From: a virus
Lineage: Duplodnaviria > Caudoviricetes
Length of the DNA: 58,397 bases
IMG/VR virus record: IMGVR_UViG_3300025466_000039
Location: 1 to 58,397 of that record
Reading direction: 5' to 3' (one strand)
Part shown: one piece after another, positions 54,373 through 58,397 of the stretch
How the letters are laid out: each line of letters starts with the position of its first letter
Numbering within the stretch: the first letter of the stretch is position 1
The notes under the pieces: model-generated
Told to the model about the DNA's origin: nothing
Databases searched by the model: none
The model's input: the letters and a program-made list of their open reading frames with translations, nothing else
Program-made: the position numbers and the translations under genes

Positions 54373-55838
54373 GCTTTCTGTCCCTTTGCCCATGCTATTT
54401 GCCTCGAGCGTATCCAATTTACAGTTTTTTGCGTTGTTGGAATTGTGTTGGAATTCAACCCGCGAGGGAAGACCCCAAACTTTTCTTTGTATTTGTGCGC
54501 TGCCCAACCATCCTTGTACCCGCGCAAGCGACAATAGTACAACAATTCAGAATAGAAAACTTGATTTGTATCGACCGCCGTCCTGGTTCCCGTTAATTCG
54601 TGGAGCTCACCTGGCACACTTGCGATACCCTTGAGTGGCTTTTCATGCCCACAAAACACGCAAGCAATCGAACCCTTCTCCCAGAGGCTACCGCAAGCCG
54701 GACACTTCGAATCTTTCTTTTCCTTCTCGGTCGGTTCTTTCTTGGTCTTTTCACCGCCTCCGCTCTCGAGCTCTGTCACCCCTTCATCGAAGAGCTTGTC
54801 CCAATCCGAGCGGAATCGCAGGTAATTACCAGAGTGATCCAGCCAAACCCCAAACTTTTTATCTGGAGATGGGCGCATAATCCTACCCATCTGTTGAACG
54901 TGCGAGCTGAATGACTTAGAAAATGGCCTCGCTGAGACCCCTATAAGCACATCTGGGACGTCAAATCCGCGGGTGAGTATGTCGGTGGCTATGAGGCCGT
55001 GAATATCTGTATCAGGGCGACCAAAGTCCTCAATGATTTCACGCTTGTAATCATCGTCTTCAAGATAGGATATGGATTTAAAGTTATATCCTTGGGCTTG
55101 AAACTGTTTCTCAAGGTCTCGTCCGTGGGCAACGCCCGCACAGAACACAACAGTCTTCTTGGGGCCACCAAAAATGTCGTGGGTTTTTTTAATCCATTCT
55201 GTGACGATGTCTCCGGTAATCTTCATGCCCCGCTCGGTGACTTGATCTTGTGACCATTCACCAGCAACCTTGGTGACCCCCGTCATGTCGATTTCTTTTG
55301 AGATAAAAATCTTTAGCTGAGTCAACCAACCTTTGTCGATCAAGTCTCCCGTGGAGGTGGCTCCAACCACATGAGAGTAAACATCTCCGAGCCCCGCGGT
55401 GAATGGCGTGGCTGTTAATCCAATTACTTTAAGGTCGGGATTGTCCTCAATGAACCTAACAACACTCTTACGCTGAACATGACATTCATCGATGATTAAG
55501 TATTGTAGATCGGGGAATTCATCTCTTTTTTCGAGGGTCTGAGCGGAACATATTTGGATTCTTTCGAATGGCCTGTACCGCCAGTGGTCAGCCTGCATGA
55601 CGCCGTGCTGAATTTGGTACCGCGCGAGGCGGGTACTGGTTTGGTTGACCAAGACGATGCGATCCATAACCATCGCAACACGCTGTCTCTTGTCTGCAAT
55701 TTCCTGCATCAAAGATATAGCAACCTCAGTCTTGCCAAAACCCGTTGGAGCATAGAGCAATTGCGCTCTATGTCCATCCTCAAAGCCCTTGTTGATTTTC
55801 TCAACCACCTCAACTTGGTGGGGTCTTAATTCAAGCAT
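54369..55838 (-). CDS. superfamily 2 helicase (DExH) with C-terminal Zn ribbon
   Basis: APTGFGKT, IIDECH, GLTATP, GFDVP, QQMGRIMR, CPAC/CVFCG. Confidence 0.9.
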   Translation of the reverse strand: MLELRPHQVEVVEKINKGFEDGHRAQLLYAPTGFGKTEVAISLMQEIADKRQRVAMVMDRIVLVNQTSTRLARYQIQHGVMQADHWRYRPFERIQICSAQTLEKRDEFPDLQYLIIDECHVQRKSVVRFIEDNPDLKVIGLTATPFTAGLGDVYSHVVGATSTGDLIDKGWLTQLKIFISKEIDMTGVTKVAGEWSQDQVTERGMKITGDIVTEWIKKTHDIFGGPKKTVVFCAGVAHGRDLEKQFQAQGYNFKSISYLEDDDYKREIIEDFGRPDTDIHGLIATDILTRGFDVPDVLIGVSARPFSKSFSSHVQQMGRIMRPSPDKKFGVWLDHSGNYLRFRSDWDKLFDEGVTELESGGGEKTKKEPTEKEKKDSKCPACGSLWEKGSIACVFCGHEKPLKGIASVPGELHELTGTRTAVDTNQVFYSELLYYCRLRGYKDGWAAHKYKEKFGVFPRGLNSNTIPTTQKTVNWIRSRQIAWAKGQKA

Positions 55839-55867
55839 TTAAACTCCTGATGGGATAGTGCCCAACT

Positions 55868-56644
55868 TCACTTTTTCTCTAGTTTTTCCGCTCTGCGTTT
55901 CCAGTATTTCACTTGATTGATAGCGTCTGCGGCCTTTTGTTGGAAGTCATTTCTACTGATAGTCATGGCTTCTAATAAAGATTGTAAGCGAGAATTTTCA
56001 GCACGCAACGATTCCATTGTTTCTTCGAGGGTTATTTTCTCTTCGCCCTCTATGTCGTACTGGCCAATTGCAATTTTGTCTCTGAGTTTTGTATTCTCCG
56101 CAAGCAGTGCTTTGTTTTCTGTTATGAGCTCGTTTACTTCATCAGCAACATATTCATCCGCTGGCTCCGGTGTGATCTCTGCTTTTGGCTTCTGAGTGGT
56201 CTTCTGTGTTTTCTTTAGCTCTAGTTCTTTTTTGTATCGACCAATTGTCATGTCTGATACTTTGCATATTTTTGCCAAATCTTTATTTGACAGCATGCTC
56301 AACTCTACGTCAGCGAGTGCTCTAGCAATACTTCTGCGCTTGTCTTCGTTTGATCTTGGTAGGCCGTGATCGTGATTTGCGCCCAGGGAATACTCCCATG
56401 CATCGCGTTTTGTACCATTAACGATGTCGGCATTTATTGCATCAATCTTTGCTCTTTTGTGAGCAAAGTATCTATGGAATCCATCTGCAAGCCACCAGTC
56501 TTTGCCATCATAAAAGACTTTAACGGGTTTAAATGTTTCGCCCTCCATGAGCTTTTCGGTGTAATCCAATACTGTTGCCTCTTTGAGCGACTCTCTGGAT
56601 TGTGTATCTCCATCAATTCTTATTTTTGCTAAATTAATTTTCAT
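55868..56644 (-). CDS. ParB/Srx-like N-terminal domain protein with HTH and coiled coil
   Basis: F.PV.VF.DG..WWLADGFHR..A, AN..HGL.R; LSNKDLAKICKVSDMTIGRY HTH. Confidence 0.8.
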   Translation of the reverse strand: MKINLAKIRIDGDTQSRESLKEATVLDYTEKLMEGETFKPVKVFYDGKDWWLADGFHRYFAHKRAKIDAINADIVNGTKRDAWEYSLGANHDHGLPRSNEDKRRSIARALADVELSMLSNKDLAKICKVSDMTIGRYKKELELKKTQKTTQKPKAEITPEPADEYVADEVNELITENKALLAENTKLRDKIAIGQYDIEGEEKITLEETMESLRAENSRLQSLLEAMTISRNDFQQKAADAINQVKYWKRRAEKLEKK

Positions 56645-56885
56645 AGTCTCTTTCGTTCCATTCTGGATCATCAAAACAAATCACCGGTGTATCAATACCG
56701 ATGTATGCACCTATCACATTAAACTCAAGAAATTCATGAGCATCTTCTTCGTCCATGTCATCTCGCGTCATTAAAAGATCAATCATCTTATCGCCACTGT
56801 AAACCAATACTTCAACAGTAATTTGGTCTCGCCAAATACTAGCGGTGCCAATGACGCAATCGTCAAACCCGTACCACTTTTTCAT
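56634..56885 (-). CDS. conserved small phage protein
   Basis: GFDDC.IG...VY...K....L....M..EDA.EF.EFN..GAY.G..TP. Confidence 0.8.
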   Translation of the reverse strand: MKKWYGFDDCVIGTASIWRDQITVEVLVYSGDKMIDLLMTRDDMDEEDAHEFLEFNVIGAYIGIDTPVICFDDPEWNERDYEN

Positions 56886-57097
56886 GTGTTGCGCTCCTTC
56901 AGCTTAATTTCAATTCTTTTGTAGATTTGCCACGGCAAAAACTGATCAGGAGTTATGGCAAAGCATTCTTTGATTTCATCTTCTGTCAGTCCTACCCATT
57001 CTTTTTGTTTAGAAACCAATGGAGGTTCTAGAATGTAATCAATTAAGTATTGTCGTTTCTTTACAATACGTTCAAATTCTTCATCTTCTTCAGTCAT
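56882..57097 (-). CDS. WVGL-family hypothetical protein
   Basis: MTEEDEEF start; EWVGLTEDEI...IE.KLKERNT. Confidence 0.7.
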   Translation of the reverse strand: MTEEDEEFERIVKKRQYLIDYILEPPLVSKQKEWVGLTEDEIKECFAITPDQFLPWQIYKRIEIKLKERNT

Positions 57098-57405
57098 TGG
57101 TTTCCCTCCGTTGTAATGTCTTCTGTTCTGTGTCGTGTACAAGCCTTACCGCAATTCTCATCCCAGTTCTTCTGCGTTGTTACCTTGTCACCGCATTTTG
57201 TGATGTAGTGATACTCCCTGTCATAAAACCTATATACCTTACAGTTATCAAATGTTTGTATAACTTGCATGGCGTGGTCTTTTGCAATCGCCTCATTGCT
57301 TGGGACAAAACCTAACCACAACCCATATACCATAGCCCATGCTAGAAAACACATAACGATGACAACAAGTATTGAGTAAATTATTTCTTCGATTCTTAAG
57401 CTCAT
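57094..57405 (-). CDS. membrane-anchored Cys-containing protein
   Basis: N-terminal TM; DNCKVYRF.D...HY.T.C. Confidence 0.7.
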   Translation of the reverse strand: MSLRIEEIIYSILVVIVMCFLAWAMVYGLWLGFVPSNEAIAKDHAMQVIQTFDNCKVYRFYDREYHYITKCGDKVTTQKNWDENCGKACTRHRTEDITTEGNQ

Positions 57406-57632
57406 GTGTTCTTCTCCTTCAGCTTGGCTTCAATTGCCATACCCACATCAAAAATGTTTACGCTTCCTCTAACACCGCCTTTCGGGTCAACAACTTTAAG
57501 GTTGCAACATTCCTCAAAACACTCATGAATCTCATCTTCAGTCAGTCCTACCCATTCACGCTTAGGCAAGTCATACTTGCGAGATACATAAACCATCTTG
57601 TCGTGGTCTGTTGGGTGTGGTTTAAGTGGCAT
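57402..57632 (-). CDS. WVGL-family hypothetical protein
   Basis: REWVGLTEDEI...AIEAKLKEKNT. Confidence 0.7.
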   Translation of the reverse strand: MPLKPHPTDHDKMVYVSRKYDLPKREWVGLTEDEIHECFEECCNLKVVDPKGGVRGSVNIFDVGMAIEAKLKEKNT

Positions 57633-57873
57633 TGTTCTTTTCCTTCAGCTTGGCTTCAATGGCTTGACATAGTTCGTATGACATTCCAAATGGCAACACC
57701 CCGCATTGAATAAGTTCCGCTTGTGTTAATCCAACCCATTCACGCTCAGGCTTTTCCATTTGAACAATCAATGAGGATTCTTTAATCATCTGCCCCTTGA
57801 GCAATCGGTCAACATCATCCTTGTTGAGATACAAGTTGTCGTACCCTGCGTTGAAAGTTCGTGTTAGTCTCAT
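57622..57873 (-). CDS. WVGL-family hypothetical protein
   Basis: REWVGLT..E...AIEAKLKEKN. Confidence 0.7.
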   Translation of the reverse strand: MRLTRTFNAGYDNLYLNKDDVDRLLKGQMIKESSLIVQMEKPEREWVGLTQAELIQCGVLPFGMSYELCQAIEAKLKEKNNAT

Positions 57874-58232
57874 GTGTTCTTCTCCTTTAGCTTGGCTTCA
57901 ATGGCTCTGGCAAAAGACTTGGCATCGACCCCATCCCAAGGAATTTCATCGTCATCTTTCAGTCCTACCCATGTGCTTTGTGGTGCAACATAATTTGGCC
58001 CCGCCATGTGTTCATGGAACTGTTCCCACGCCACAGGCTCATCTTTTGTTTCTAGTTGTTCTTTATAGGTAGATTTAGAGGCCATGTTTTGCACATCTTT
58101 TGTCATTCCTTCGTACTCAAGGATTGCTCTAGCAAACAATACAGGAAAGTCAGCCGTGCCAGTCGCTTCAACCAATCCCTCTGCTTTGCCACTCATGTGC
58201 AAATAAACGTTGTGTATTTCTTCGTCAGTCAT
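57870..58232 (-). CDS. WVGL-family hypothetical protein, mosaic with 510..920
   Basis: Shares two near-identical nucleotide blocks with 510..920. Confidence 0.75.
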   Translation of the reverse strand: MTDEEIHNVYLHMSGKAEGLVEATGTADFPVLFARAILEYEGMTKDVQNMASKSTYKEQLETKDEPVAWEQFHEHMAGPNYVAPQSTWVGLKDDDEIPWDGVDAKSFARAIEAKLKEKNT

Positions 58233-58397
58233 GTGTTCTTGTCCTTAATCTTAATTTCAATGCGTCTTGCATACACATCAATGGTCTGTGTTGGCAAACC
58301 TTGCAAGCACTCATCTACTTCTTTATCTGTAAGCCATACCCATGTGCGTTGTTGTTGGTCTTTGTACAGCGGGATAGCGCCATCATCATTTTTGTCT
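58229..58397 (-). CDS. C-terminal part of the junction-spanning WVGL-family ORF
   Basis: ...IPLYKDQQQRTWVWLTDKEV...IEIKIKDKNT*; ATGA overlap with the next gene. Confidence 0.75.
   Translation of the reverse strand, partial: DKNDDGAIPLYKDQQQRTWVWLTDKEVDECLQGLPTQTIDVYARRIEIKIKDKNT

Overview
The window looks like a complete, circularly permuted genome of a tailed phage (Caudoviricetes) with short-tail, podovirus-like architecture. A minus-strand ORF runs in frame across the 58397/1 junction. The minus-strand late block (49.5 kb to 7.7 kb) contains terS, a LexA-like HTH protein, terL, portal, GroES, scaffold, major capsid, an HNH nuclease, small basic or His-rich proteins, adaptors, tail fibre, a GH19 endolysin with nested spanins, and internal/ejection proteins. 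One of these is a 3036-aa polyvalent protein with TGT/DpdA-like, L,D-transpeptidase-like and HExxH modules. A plus-strand recombination operon (exonuclease, ERF, SSB-like) lies at 4.2-7.8 kb, a plus-strand early accessory operon at 49.7-53.5 kb, and a minus-strand ParB-like/SF2 helicase/Toprim primase module at 53.6-56.6 kb. I recognised no DNA polymerase, integrase, tRNA or CRISPR array. The most striking non-coding signals are: (1) four complete type I hammerhead ribozymes at gene junctions of the early operon; (2) a 14-bp palindrome CGCAACWWGTTGCG in 8 perfect dispersed copies, in a genome encoding a ParB-like protein; (3) a roughly 1-kb structured non-coding island (2.8-3.8 kb) with a C4-like cloverleaf and an array of conserved stems enclosing variable loops; (4) a double-pseudoknot leader at 39.2 kb. 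The phage also encodes a free RNA polymerase alpha-CTD protein. All calls are by eye, with no database searches.
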